Both the position numbers and the translations under genes were made by a program. Below the pieces are notes generated by a model. The model worked only from the letters and a program-made list of their open reading frames with translations, did not search any database and had not been told where the DNA came from. A stretch of 51,501 nucleotides of DNA from an uncultured delta proteobacterium (GTDB lineage Bacteria; Myxococcota; Myxococcia; Myxococcales; Myxococcaceae). The stretch spans positions 1 to 51,501 of the forward strand of contig CAVZMH010000021.1 in assembly GCA_963776345.1 (NCBI GenBank), read 5' to 3'. Positions 8,971 to 19,184 of the stretch are shown in pieces. Every line of letters starts with the position of its first letter. Position 1 is the first letter of the stretch.

Positions 8971-9920
8971 TGCGCCCGCGCTGGCTGATCGAGGAGGAGG
9001 GGCCGCGGCCCCCCATCGAGCCGCGCCTGGCCCAGCTGCTGGGTGCGCTCGCGGTCGCGCTCAACGATCACATTCTCGAGGCGATGAGCGCCTCGGTCGG
9101 CCTCTCGCCGCCCGCGATCGCCGCGCTCCTGTGGATTCACCGGGCGCCCCGTGCCCGGGCCTCCGAGCTGACCAAGGCTCTGGGCATCGGCCAGCAGGGC
9201 GTTGGACACCTCGTCTCCCGCCTCGAGGAGAAAGGTCTTCTCCTCCGGGAGCGAGATCCGAGGGACGGACGGGCCGAGAGGCTCCGGGTCTCGGAGCTCG
9301 GTGCGCGGCAGGCCCTCCTTGCCGCACGGGCACGGGACCACGTCGCCCGCTCGCTCGTCGACCGCCTTCCCTTCGTCCTGCGGCCACGTCTGGCCCGCAT
9401 CGCGGAGCTCCTCTTGGGGGCGCTCTCCGAGGAGCCCCGGACTGCCCTTCACGGCTGCCGGTTCTGCGACTGGGCCCTCTGCCGGATGGACCCCACGGCG
9501 CCGTGTCCCGTCGTCCTCGCCGCGACCTCCCGCGACGGAACGAGCCGGGCCCACGACCTGGACGCCGTGCCCCTCCACGAGGACCGCAGGACCATCGACG
9601 GCGCAGACCCGCCCATCGAGCTCTGGCTCGAGCCCGGGGCAATCGCCTTCCGCCTCGACGCGTCGCGGCGCCTCGAGGTCGTCTGCCGTGGACCGGACCC
9701 TGGCCGCCTCGAGCTGGAACGGCTCCCCGAGGGTCACCTCGCGCTCTACGCCTGGAACCGGGCCGCCTTCACCGTCCTCGAGGCCGGCCGGGAGCTCCTC
9801 GTCCAGGATCGGCCCCTCTCCCTCGACATGGGACGGGGCGAGACACCCCGCCAGCGCGTCACGTCGCTCTTCGGCGACTTCGCCCGGCGCCGGCACACGC
9901 CACCCTCGCGCTGGCTCTGA
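8970..9920 (+). CDS. MarR-family winged-helix regulator with a Cys cluster, fused to an extra C-terminal domain
   Basis: ELTKALGIGQQGVGHLVSRLEEKGLLLRERDPRDGRAERL (MarR wHTH); CRFCDWALC...CPV; ~120-aa additional domain. Confidence 0.82.
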   Translation: MRPRWLIEEEGPRPPIEPRLAQLLGALAVALNDHILEAMSASVGLSPPAIAALLWIHRAPRARASELTKALGIGQQGVGHLVSRLEEKGLLLRERDPRDGRAERLRVSELGARQALLAARARDHVARSLVDRLPFVLRPRLARIAELLLGALSEEPRTALHGCRFCDWALCRMDPTAPCPVVLAATSRDGTSRAHDLDAVPLHEDRRTIDGADPPIELWLEPGAIAFRLDASRRLEVVCRGPDPGRLELERLPEGHLALYAWNRAAFTVLEAGRELLVQDRPLSLDMGRGETPRQRVTSLFGDFARRRHTPPSRWL

Positions 9921-9937
9921 GCGCAATCACCCCGGGC

Positions 9938-9976
9938 TTGACTCGTCTACAGACGTAGTATTACATCTGTCGACGA
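9938..9976 (+). promoter_or_regulatory. BlaI/CopY-type operator overlapping a -35 (TTGACT)
   Basis: Two TACAnnTGTA-like boxes (TACAgaCGTA, TACAtcTGTC) form an imperfect inverted repeat tcgtctacagacgta...tacatctgtcgacga directly upstream of the blaI-like gene. Confidence 0.7.
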
Positions 9977-9994
9977 AGCCGAGGAGGAGCCCGC

Positions 9995-10393
9995 ATGCCC
10001 GACGCCACGCAGCTCACCGACCTCCAGTTCGCGCTGCTGCGCGTGCTCTGGGACCGGCGCGAGGCCACCGTCGCCGAGATCGCCGAGGCGCTCCGCCCCG
10101 GGCGCGACCTGGCCCCCACCACCATCTCCACCCTCCTCAGCCGCCTGGAAAAGCGAGGGGTTGTGGGCCACACGGCCCAGGGCAGGCAATACCTCTACCG
10201 GGCGCGCGTCTCGGAGGGCGAGGTCCGCCGCTCGATGGTGAGCGGGCTCACGGACCTGCTCTTCGGGGGTGACGTGGCCGCGCTCATGAGTCACCTGCTC
10301 GATGCGGGCAGCGTCCGTCCGGGCGATCTGGAGAAGGTCCGCGCGCTGATCGCCGAGGCCGAAGGCCGCCGCGGAAAGCGAGGCGGCCGATGA
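9995..10393 (+). CDS. BlaI/MecI/CopY family transcriptional repressor
   Basis: LTDLQFALLRVLW..EATVAEI..LAPTTISTLLSRLEKRGVV...GRQYLYRARVS...LFGGD; GAGGAG RBS. Confidence 0.93.
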   Translation: MPDATQLTDLQFALLRVLWDRREATVAEIAEALRPGRDLAPTTISTLLSRLEKRGVVGHTAQGRQYLYRARVSEGEVRRSMVSGLTDLLFGGDVAALMSHLLDAGSVRPGDLEKVRALIAEAEGRRGKRGGR

Positions 10394-12977
10394 ACGCCGG
10401 GATGCTGGGCACGCTCCTCTCCCTCGCCGCGACGCTCGGTGTGGCGTGGCTCCTCACCTATGCCGTCCACAGCACGGCGCTCATCGGCACGGTCTGGCTC
10501 GCCGACCGGGCCGGTCTCCTGCGCCCGCTGCGGCTGCGTGACCTCGCCTGGCGGACGGCGCTGGTCGGGGGGCTCTTCACCGCCACGCTCCAGCTCGCGG
10601 CCGGCCTCACCCCCTTCGGAACGACCATCCCCACCCCACCGGCGGCGAGCGCGGACCTGGAGCCGCCCCGCGTGGCCATCGTCGCCCGGACCGTCCACAC
10701 CCACCCGACGACGGCGCCCCATGCCGCCGACGCGCGCGCGCCATCGGGGCGAGCGTTCCCACGCCGGCCGTTCCTGCCGTCCCCGCGGTCCCGGCAGTCC
10801 CGCCCGCGGCGGCCGTGCCCCCCTCGCCGGTCGAGTCTGCCCCCGCGGCTCCCGCGCCGACGGGCTCGCTGGCCGTGCCCCACCTCTCCCCGGCGGGCCT
10901 GGCGTTCCTCGGCTGGGCGGTGGTGGCGAGCGCGTTCCTGCTGCGCCTCGCGGTGCTCCGCGCCCGCCTGCTCACCGCGCTCGGCGAGCGTGCCCCGGTG
11001 ATGGACCCCCTGGTCCGGGCACGTCTGGAAGGCCTCTGCCACGACGTGGGGCACGCCCGTCCGGTGCGGCTCACCACCGCGGAAGGGCTGCGCAGCCCGG
11101 TGGCCCTGGGCTGGTCGGAGATCTGCCTCCCCGCCGAGGCGCTGCTCGAGCTCGACGCCGCCCAGCAGCGCAGCGTGCTCGCCCACGAGCTGGCCCACCT
11201 CCGCCGGCTGGACCCGGTGTGGCTGGTGCTCGGGACGGTGATGGAGCAGGTGTTCTTCTTCCAGCCGCTGAACCGCCTGGCCCGGTCCCGGATGCAGGAG
11301 GTCGCCGAGTTCCTCTGCGACGACTGGGCTGCCGCCCGCAACGGCTCGGGGCTCGACGTGGCGCGCGGGCTCGCCTCGGTCGCGGGATGGCTCGACGGCA
11401 GCGCGTCCACCCTGCCCCTCGCCGGGATGGCCGAGCACCCCAGCCAGCTGCTCGCCCGGGTGACGCGATTGCTCGAGCGTGGCGCGGACGAGGTGGAGCG
11501 TCTCCGGCCGTGGCACGTCGGCGGGATGGCGCTCCTCTTGCTGATGACCGTCCTGGTCGCTCCCGGCGTCCGGGCGGCTCCGGAGCGGCTCGCCCTCGGC
11601 GCGGGCCAGCCCCGGCCGTCTGCGCCCCCCACCGAGACCCGGACGATGATCGCCGTCCAGTCGCTGGACCGCGAGATGCTCGACGGCGCGCTCGACGACT
11701 CCGCCGCCGGCTCGGACACCCCCTCCCGCGCACGCACCACCCCCGCTCCACGCGTCGACCCGACGCGGACGCCCGGACCGGGCACGGCTCCCGACGCCGA
11801 GCCGCCGCCTTCCTCGACCAAGACCGCGCCACCCGCGCCGCGCCCGCGCAGCACCGAGCGCCCGGGCCAGCGCGTCCTGCTCGAGGCCGCCGCGCCCCCC
11901 ACGCCGGTTCTGGCCCTCGCTCCGGCCCTGGCGGCCGACCCCGTGCCCCCGGTCGCGCCCCGTCCGCCCGTCGCGCCGCGGCCCCCCGCGCCGCCCGCCG
12001 CGGTGGACGTCGAGCGCATCCGCCGCGATGCCCAGCGCATGGCCCGCGACGCCGAGCGCCAGGCGCGCGACGCCGTGCGCCGGGCGCACGCCCGTTCGAC
12101 GGGGCACGGGCGGGGCCACGGCAGCGGCACGCCGGCCGACCCGAAGACCGTGGACGCGCTCATCGCCGCGCTGAAGGACGGCGACCCAGGCGTGCGCCAG
12201 GCCGCCGCCGAGTCGCTGGGCCGCATCGGCGACCCTCGGGCGGTGGACCCGCTGGCCGGGCTGCTCGGCGACGCCAACGTCGAGGTGCGGAGAGGCGCGG
12301 TCGAGGCGCTGGGGAACGTGGAGGACGCCCGCGCCATCCCCGCCCTCACCCGGGCCGCAGCCGACGCGAGCCCGGTGGTGCGCCGCGAGGCGGCCGAGGC
12401 GCTCCTCTCCTTCGACGAGCCGGCGGCGGGCGAGCCGCTGATCAAACTCCTCGGCGACCCCGACGCGCGGGTGCGCCTGGTCGCGCTCGAGGGCCTCTCG
12501 CGACAGGGCGACCGGCGGGCGCTCGCGCCGCTGTCGAAGCTGGTGAAGGACCCGAACGTCGAGGTCCGGGCCCGGGCAGTGCGGGCGCTGTCCCGCTACC
12601 GTGACCCGGCCGCGCAGGACGGGCTGGTCGCGGCGCTCAAGGACGAGAACGCCGAGGTGCGCGCCGCCGCGGCTGCCGGCCTCGGCGAGCTCGAGCTCAA
12701 GGCCGCACCGCAGGCCCTGCTGGACGCCGTGCGCGACCCGAGCCCCGAGGTCCGCCAGCAGGTCGCCGAGGCGCTGGGGCAGCTCCACGACGGCAAGGCG
12801 GTGCCACAGCTCAAGGCGCTGCTCGAGGACTCCGACGCCGACGTGCGGGGCGCAGCGGTGGAGGCGCTCTCGGAGATCCGCGACGGCGCGGCGCTCCAGG
12901 CCCTCATCGCGGCGATGCAGAGCAAGGACGTCACCGTCCGGCGCGCCGCGGCCCAGGCCCTCGGCCAGAGGGACTGA
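10390..12977 (+). CDS. BlaR1-like M56 metallopeptidase fused to a Pro-rich linker and HEAT repeats (frameshift near 10731-10740)
   Basis: N-terminal TM segments; VLAHELAHLRRLD (HExxH), FFFQPL, EFLCDD; TM; ~8-9 HEAT repeats (D.DP.VR.AAA.ALG). Confidence 0.85.
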
Positions 12978-14050
12978 TGCCTCCCCTCCTCGTGGTGTCG
13001 GTGCTGGCCGTCCTGGCCGGCGCGGGAGCGGTCCGTGCCGGCCCCGGAGAGGCCGAGGTGAGGGCCGGGCTCGAGATTCTCCGGGGCGGCGACCCGCGGC
13101 TGTGCACCGTGGCGGTCGACCGGCTCGCGCAGGGCGGCTGGGAGGGCCGGCGACGGCGACTGGCGGGCGAGGACCCACCACCCGCGCTCGGCCGCGGGCC
13201 GGTTGCCGAGCCGGGCGCCCTCGCGCTGCTGGGAGAGGCGCTGGCGGACCCGCGCCCCTGCGTCCGGCGGGCCGCCGCCCTCTGGCTCGGGGACAGCCCC
13301 GCTTCCGACGCCGTCGCCCGGCTGACCCGCGCGGTGGCCTCGGCGAGCCCCCTGGCCCGCGAGGCGGCCGCGCTCGGGCTCGGCGTGCACGGCGAGGGCA
13401 TGGGGCGCGAGGCGCTCGTCGCGGCGCTCCGGGATCCGGCCCCGGCGGTGGCCGGCGCGGCCGCCTGGGCGCTGGGACGGACCCAGGACCCCCGGAACAC
13501 CCCTGCGCTGAAGGCGGCGCTCCAGCACGCGGACGCGGGCGTGCGCCGGGCCGCGGCGGAGGCGCTCGGGGCGTCCGGGGACACGGCCGCGCTGGAGCCG
13601 TTGCTCGCCCGCCGCCAGGATCCGGACCCCCCGGTGCGTGCGGCCGTGGCGTCGGCGCTGGGCACGCTGGAGGACCCCCGCGCCGTCCCGGCGCTGCTCG
13701 GGCTGGCCAGGGACCCGGCGCCCGAGGTCAGGTTGGCGGCGGTGGAGGCGCTCGGCGACCTCGAGGGGCTGGGGAGCGCTCCGGCGGCCCTGCTGGAGGC
13801 CTCTCGCGACACGGTGGACGACGTCCGGACGGCGGCGGCGGAGGCGCTGCGGGCCTTCCCGCGAGACGAGGCGGCGGGCCGCCGGCTCACCGAGCTGATG
13901 CAGGACCCCGAACGGGCGGTTCGCCGGGCGGCGGCGGAGTCCCTGGTCCACCTCGAGTCGGCCGAGGCGCGTGCCGCGCTCCGGGCCGCGCTCGCGGACG
14001 GTGACCCCGGGGTGCGGCGCGCGGCGGCCCGGGGTCTCGGGCGAAACTGA
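12977..14050 (+). CDS. Secreted HEAT/PBS-lyase-like repeat protein
   Basis: N-terminal hydrophobic signal; repeated DP.P.VR.AAA.ALG units; TGATG coupling to the upstream gene. Confidence 0.85.
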   Translation: MPPLLVVSVLAVLAGAGAVRAGPGEAEVRAGLEILRGGDPRLCTVAVDRLAQGGWEGRRRRLAGEDPPPALGRGPVAEPGALALLGEALADPRPCVRRAAALWLGDSPASDAVARLTRAVASASPLAREAAALGLGVHGEGMGREALVAALRDPAPAVAGAAAWALGRTQDPRNTPALKAALQHADAGVRRAAAEALGASGDTAALEPLLARRQDPDPPVRAAVASALGTLEDPRAVPALLGLARDPAPEVRLAAVEALGDLEGLGSAPAALLEASRDTVDDVRTAAAEALRAFPRDEAAGRRLTELMQDPERAVRRAAAESLVHLESAEARAALRAALADGDPGVRRAAARGLGRN

Positions 14051-14164
14051 CGGCCCCCGCGGCGCGGGCCCCCCCGGGCGGTCGGTCACCCCCGAAGGAC
14101 GGGCACGGCATCGACCGGCGCATGCTTCGGCAGGAGAGGCAGGACGCTGCCGCCCTGCAGGCGC

Positions 14165-14545
14165 TCAGTTCCCCGTGCTCTGCCGGCGCCGCCGGGCGCG
14201 GAGCGCGTCGGCGAGCTCGTCGGCCGCGGACCGGCGCACCGGCGCCGGAGGCTCGGGAGGGTTCTCCGGCGGCGGCGTGGGAGCCTTCCCCGCGGGGGAC
14301 CGCGAGACCGGCGCCTCGGCGGTCCCGGCGGTCGGTTTCTTCGAGGCCTGCACGCGGAAGCGCACCCGGTACTGCGTCTCGCAGCGTGTGCTGCAGAACC
14401 AGCCGACGCCGGGGAGGAACACCCCTCCGGCGAAGAAGAGCTCATCGTCGGTCGCGCCGGCGATGTGCCGGAGGCAGCCGATGCAGTTCTGCCCGGCGGG
14501 CTCTGCGCGCTTCGAGACCTTCGACCGGATCCACTTCACCACCAC
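14165..14545 (-). CDS. Small hypothetical protein with a putative Zn-finger (CxxC...FCSxxC)
   Basis: GGAG RBS before GTG; QNCIGC...GWFCSTRCE; Pro-rich linker; C-terminal helix ELADALRARRRR. Confidence 0.6.
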   Translation of the reverse strand: MVVKWIRSKVSKRAEPAGQNCIGCLRHIAGATDDELFFAGGVFLPGVGWFCSTRCETQYRVRFRVQASKKPTAGTAEAPVSRSPAGKAPTPPPENPPEPPAPVRRSAADELADALRARRRRQSTGN

Positions 14546-14849
14546 GTCCGACGGCTCCGTCTCCCCGCTCCAGGGACAACGGTGGATCGACCGCAGGGTG
14601 GACCACAAGCGAGTCACCTCCCTCCCAGCGGCGCGACCCACCGGGGTGCCGGAGACCTTCGGCGCCACCCTCGCGATGATCCCCTGCTTTCCGTTCTTTA
14701 TGGAGTTGCCCCGCGCCGCGTCAGGGCGCGAAGGCCGGCCCATCGTGCTCGTACGGGCCGTGGAGACTCTACCCGGGCCTCCTCGAGGAGCCGCCGCAGC
14801 CCGGGGCCCGTGTGGATGCCGTCGCTCGCGCTCGACAGTCGGTGCCTCG

Positions 14850-14973
14850 AAAAGAAGCAGCCCGGCAATCCGCGATGGACGCCGGGCCACAGGCCTTCTA
14901 CGACGAGCTCACTCGTTCTCGTCTGAAGCGGTGGGGGGGAACCTCTTCAGAGAGCCAAGCGAACCCAGAAGGC
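14850..14973 (-). ncRNA. Candidate small RNA: long GU-rich hairpin with a C7 loop, followed by an intrinsic terminator
   Basis: Nested stems that pair well only on the minus strand (G-U pairs); terminator gcccggc...gccgggc + cttctttt; upstream TTGTCA-17-TATCTG. Confidence 0.6.
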
Positions 14974-15096
14974 AGATAACGAATCCACCCTGTTTTGACA
15001 ACCGGGCCGATGGGTCAGGGCGCGGGCGAACGACGGAAATTTTCATCGCCGCTGACAGGCGGCTGCTCGACGTGGGAGGGCGATTCCCGGAAAACG

Positions 15097-15477
15097 CTAC
15101 GGACCTGCAGCGGCGCCGGCGACGGAGAAGAGCGTGCCGTAGAGGGCGAAGAGGAGCACCGCGCTCGCCAGGACGGTGAGGGCGAAGGCGATGAGGAGCA
15201 GCACCCGCCGCCGCATCAGCGGCTGCGGCACGGCGAGCGCGACCACCACCACCCCGAGCGGGAGGAAGCCGAGCAACACCGGGACCCAGCCCTGGAGCAC
15301 CGAGGCGGCGAACGAGGGCCCGGTGGCCCCGAGCGACTCGGAGAGCCGCCGGAAGATGGGCGCGATGAACAGCGGGACGACCAGCGCGAAGAGCGCGGAC
15401 CCGCCGACGATCAGCACGCCGATCCAGTCCAGGACCGAGAGCCGGGACAGCGAGGTGTCGGAGTCGGCAGGAGGCAC
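15097..15477 (-). CDS. Hypothetical membrane protein (3 TM)
   Basis: Three hydrophobic segments; codirectional downstream of the ABC permease. Confidence 0.65.
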   Translation of the reverse strand: MPPADSDTSLSRLSVLDWIGVLIVGGSALFALVVPLFIAPIFRRLSESLGATGPSFAASVLQGWVPVLLGFLPLGVVVVALAVPQPLMRRRVLLLIAFALTVLASAVLLFALYGTLFSVAGAAAGP

Positions 15478-15489
15478 GCGCTCCGGAGT

Positions 15490-16606
15490 CTAGTCCAGCG
15501 TCTGCCGGTAGCCGCGGATGGCGAGCGCCCCCACCACGGCTGAGAACACCACCAGGGGGTAGAGGTGCGGCAGGACGTCCAGCGGCCCGTTGCCCTTGAG
15601 CAGGATGCCGCGGATCAGCCGGAGCGCGTGGGTGAGCGGGAGCGCCTCGCCGATGATCCGCGCCCACCGGGGCATCCCGGCGAAGGGGAACATGAAGCCG
15701 GAGAGCAGGATGGAGGGGAGCATGAAGAACACCGCCATCTGCATCGCCTGGAGCTGGTTGCGGGCCAGCGTGGAGAAGGTGAAGCCGACCGCGAGGTTCG
15801 CGGCGATGAACAGCCCGAGCCCGAGCAGGAGGAGCAACACCGAGCCGCGCACCGGGACGTGAAACACCCCCACCGCGGCGGCGAGGATGAGCGCGACCTG
15901 CACGTAGCCGAGGAAGATGTAGGGGACGATCTTCCCCAGCATCACCTCCAGGGGGCGCGCCGGCATGGCCAGCAAGTTCTCCATGGTGCCGCGCTCCCGC
16001 TCGCGGGTGACGGCGAGCGCGGTGATGATCACCAGGGTGAAGGTGAGCAGCGTGCCGATGAGGCCGGGCACGATGTTGTACGCGGTGATGCCCTCGGGGT
16101 TGTAGCGGCGGTGGACCCGCCACTCGAACGGAGGCGAGGCCAGCGTCGCACCGGGCAGGTCGCGCGAGAGGAGCCCGGGACCGAGCCCCGCTGCCGCCCC
16201 GAAGGCGCTGCTCACTGCGGTGGGGTCGGTGGCGTCGGCGGCGAGGAGCACCGGAGGCCGCTCGCGCCGCTCGACCGAGCGGGCGAAGTCGACCGGCACC
16301 TCGAGCACGAAGAGCACGTCGCCCCGGGCCATCGACCGCTCGGCCTCGGTGGGAGAGACGGGCGAGGAGATGTCGAAGTACTCGGTGGCCGCGCATCGAC
16401 TCGACCAGCGAGCGGGCCGGGCGCGAGTCGTCCCCGAGCACCAGGGCGGTGGGCAGGTGCTTCGGGTCGGTGTTGATGGCAAATCCAAAGAGGAACAGCT
16501 GCACCAGCGGCATGCCCACCATCAGGGCGAGGGTGAAGCGGTCGCGCCGGGCCTGGATGAGCTCCTTGTGCAGCACGGCGACGAAGCGGCTGAACGAGAG
16601 GTTCAT
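15490..16606 (-). CDS. ABC-2 type permease (YbhS/YbhR-like), 1-nt frameshift near 16390
   Basis: KELIQARRDRFTLALMVGMPLVQLFLFGFAINTDPKHLP; YNPE..YNIVPGL; RERERGTMENLL; LSGFMFPF. Confidence 0.9.
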
Positions 16607-17532
16607 CCGGCGAACCTCCGGTCGGAGAGCAGGTGGATGAAGACGTCCTCCAGCGAGGGAGGCTCCTCGATCCAGCCGAGGCCCTCCCGGGCGCGCCACG
16701 GCCCGAGCGCCTGCTCCAGCGCGGCGCGGCGCGTGCCGCTCACCCGCAGCGTCTGGCCGAACACCGCCACCGACTCCACGCCCGGGGCACGGTCCAGGGC
16801 GGCGGCGGCCTCGGTCAGCCCGTCACCGGTGCCGACGAAGGTGACCAGGCCGGAGTGCGCGACCACCTCGGCCGCGGACCCCTCCACCACCAGCTTGCCG
16901 CCGGAGAGGTAGACGATGCGGTGGCAGCGCTCGGCCTCGTCCATGTAGTGGGTGGACACCAGAACCGTGATGCCCTCGGCGGCGAGCGCGTGGATGAGGT
17001 CCCAGAACTCGCGCCGCGCCTTCGGGTCGACGCCGGCGGTGGGCTCGTCGAGGAGCAGGAGCTCCGGCTCGTGGAGGACGCAGGCGGCGAGGGCGAGCCG
17101 CTGCTTCCATCCACCCGACAGCTCGCCCGCGAGCTGGGTCCGGCGGTCGGCCAGCCCCGCGCGCTCCAGCACCGCGTCGATGCGGCGGGCGCGGTCCGGC
17201 AGCTCGTAGAGGCGGGCGACGAAGTCCAGGTTCTCCTGGACGGTGAGGTCCTCGTAGAAGGAGAAGCGCTGGGTCATGTAGCCCACCCGGCGGCGGATGC
17301 GGGGCGCGTCGCGGCGGACGTCGAGGCCGAGGCAGGTGCCCTCGCCCGCATCCGGGGTGAGCAGCCCGCAGAGCATCCGGAGGGTGGTGGTCTTGCCGCT
17401 GCCGTTGGCGCCGAGGAAGCCGCAGATCTGCCCCTTGCCGACGCGCAGGTCGAGGCCCTGCACCACCGCGCGGGCCCCGAAGGACTTGCGCAGCCCGCGC
17501 ACGTCGATGGCCAGCGGCGCCGGGGCGGTCAC
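16603..17532 (-). CDS. ABC transporter ATP-binding protein (YbhF-like)
   Basis: GANGSGKTT, LSGGWKQRL, LLLLDEPTAGVDP, STHYMDEAE. Confidence 0.95.
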   Translation of the reverse strand: MTAPAPLAIDVRGLRKSFGARAVVQGLDLRVGKGQICGFLGANGSGKTTTLRMLCGLLTPDAGEGTCLGLDVRRDAPRIRRRVGYMTQRFSFYEDLTVQENLDFVARLYELPDRARRIDAVLERAGLADRRTQLAGELSGGWKQRLALAACVLHEPELLLLDEPTAGVDPKARREFWDLIHALAAEGITVLVSTHYMDEAERCHRIVYLSGGKLVVEGSAAEVVAHSGLVTFVGTGDGLTEAAAALDRAPGVESVAVFGQTLRVSGTRRAALEQALGPWRAREGLGWIEEPPSLEDVFIHLLSDRRFAG

Positions 17533-18470
17533 CGGAGCACCTGGACGTCGAGTGGCTGGCCGGGGTGGAGGCCCTGCAGCGCGGCCGAGCGGGCCTCCAC
17601 CAGGTACACGAGCTTGCTCCGGGCGTCGCCGGCGTAGACCACCGGCGGGGTGTACTCGGGCTTGGGGGAGACGTAGCTGACCTGGGCCTCGAGCGGGCCG
17701 GAGCAACCGTCGCAGGTCACCCGCACCGGGGCGCCGATCCGGATGGAGGCGAGCCTCGGCTCGGGGACGAAGAAGCGGACGCGGAGCGCGCCGTCGGGCA
17801 GGAGCGAGAGCACCGCGGCGCCGGCGGGGACCATCTCTCCGGAGCGGTAGTAGGTGTCCACCACCCTGCCCGAGGCGGGGGCGGCGGCGGAGCGCTGCTG
17901 GAGCTTCCACTCGGCCGAGGCGAGCGCGGCGCGGGCCATCTCGGTGGTGGCGCGCTGGGCCTGGATCTCCTGGACCCGGCCGACGGAGGTCTGCAGGCTC
18001 CTCAGCCGGGCCTCGGCGGAGCGGAGCCGGGCGGCGGACTGCTCGGCGCTGGAGCGGGCGAGGTCGAGGCGCTGCTGGGTGGACGCGCCGTCGGCGGCGA
18101 GCTGCTCGGTGCGCCGGAGGTCGGCCTGCGCGAGCTCGAGGGCGCTCCGGGCCTCGCGGACCTGGGCCTGCGCGGCGTCGAGGTCGGTCGCGCGGCCGCC
18201 CGCCTCGAGGTTGGCGAGCTGGGCCTGCGCCTGGGCGAGCCTCGCGGCGGCCTCGTCGCGGGCGGCGCGCTCGGCCTCGCCGTCCTGGGTGAAGAGCAGC
18301 GTCCCGGCGTCCACGCTCTGGCCTCGCTCGACGGCGAGCCGGGTCAGGATGCCGGTGGTGAGCGGCGCGACGCGGGTCTCGTCGGCCTCGGCCCAGCCGT
18401 GGAAGGCCGCGTCGGCGCGTCCGCAGCCGGCCAGCGCCAGGGCGGCGGCGAGGGTGAGCAGGGGCTTCAT
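17529..18470 (-). CDS. HlyD family membrane-fusion lipoprotein (YbhG-like)
   Basis: Lipobox LALAG-C; barrel-sandwich hybrid and coiled coil; PEYTPPVVY motif. Confidence 0.92.
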   Translation of the reverse strand: MKPLLTLAAALALAGCGRADAAFHGWAEADETRVAPLTTGILTRLAVERGQSVDAGTLLFTQDGEAERAARDEAAARLAQAQAQLANLEAGGRATDLDAAQAQVREARSALELAQADLRRTEQLAADGASTQQRLDLARSSAEQSAARLRSAEARLRSLQTSVGRVQEIQAQRATTEMARAALASAEWKLQQRSAAAPASGRVVDTYYRSGEMVPAGAAVLSLLPDGALRVRFFVPEPRLASIRIGAPVRVTCDGCSGPLEAQVSYVSPKPEYTPPVVYAGDARSKLVYLVEARSAALQGLHPGQPLDVQVLR

Positions 18471-19111
18471 GACCGACCTCCGGGGTCCGCGGCGAGTGCG
18501 CGGAGCAGGTTCTCTCCATGGGCCTGGAGCACCGCGCGCCGGTCCAGGGCGAGGTCGGTGTGGGCGCCGAAGGAGTGCTTCCACAGCCCGAGCAGCAGGA
18601 CCGGGGCGATGACCAGCGGCACCGCGGTGTCGAGGTCGAGCGGGCGGAACTCGCCACGGGCGATTCCGCGCTCGAGGATGCGCCGCAGGAGCCCGAAGAC
18701 TCGGCGCAGGACGAGGTCCGCGTAGAGGCGCGCGAGCTGCGGGAAGTTGCCGGACTCGGCGACCAGGAGCTTCATCACCCCGGTCACTGGCGTCTCGAGG
18801 ACGCCGGCCATGAACTCGAACAGCGCCCGGAGGAGCTCGGGGGTCGGACCCTCGAAGGTGTCGACCAGCGCCTCGGCGCGGTCGATGTTGGGGGTGATGG
18901 CCTCGCGGACCACCGCCTCGAAGAGCTGCTCCTTGCTCTCGAAGTAGAGGTAGACGGTGCCCTTGCTGACCCCGGCGATGGTGGCCACGTCCTCCAGCCG
19001 CGTCGCCGCGAAGCCCCGGTCGGCGAAGAGCTGCAGGGCCGCGGCGACGATCTCCGCCGGGCGGGCCTCCTTCCGCCGCTCCCACCGCTTCGCGCTCTGC
19101 GTCCGCTCCAT
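18467..19111 (-). CDS. TetR/AcrR family transcriptional regulator
   Basis: EIVAAALQLFADRGFAATRLEDVATIAGVSKGTVYLYFESKEQLF. Confidence 0.95.
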   Translation of the reverse strand: MERTQSAKRWERRKEARPAEIVAAALQLFADRGFAATRLEDVATIAGVSKGTVYLYFESKEQLFEAVVREAITPNIDRAEALVDTFEGPTPELLRALFEFMAGVLETPVTGVMKLLVAESGNFPQLARLYADLVLRRVFGLLRRILERGIARGEFRPLDLDTAVPLVIAPVLLLGLWKHSFGAHTDLALDRRAVLQAHGENLLRALAADPGGRS

Positions 19112-19112
19112 G

Positions 19113-19130
19113 TAACTGACTGGTAAGTTA
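19113..19130. promoter_or_regulatory. Probable TetR autoregulatory operator
   Basis: AT-rich imperfect palindrome TAACTGACTGGTAAGTTA one base upstream of the TetR ATG. Confidence 0.6.
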
Positions 19131-19184
19131 TTTCTTTGGCCGGCGCAAGCGCTCGTGTAAGTCACCGTTTCAACTGTGAGAAAA

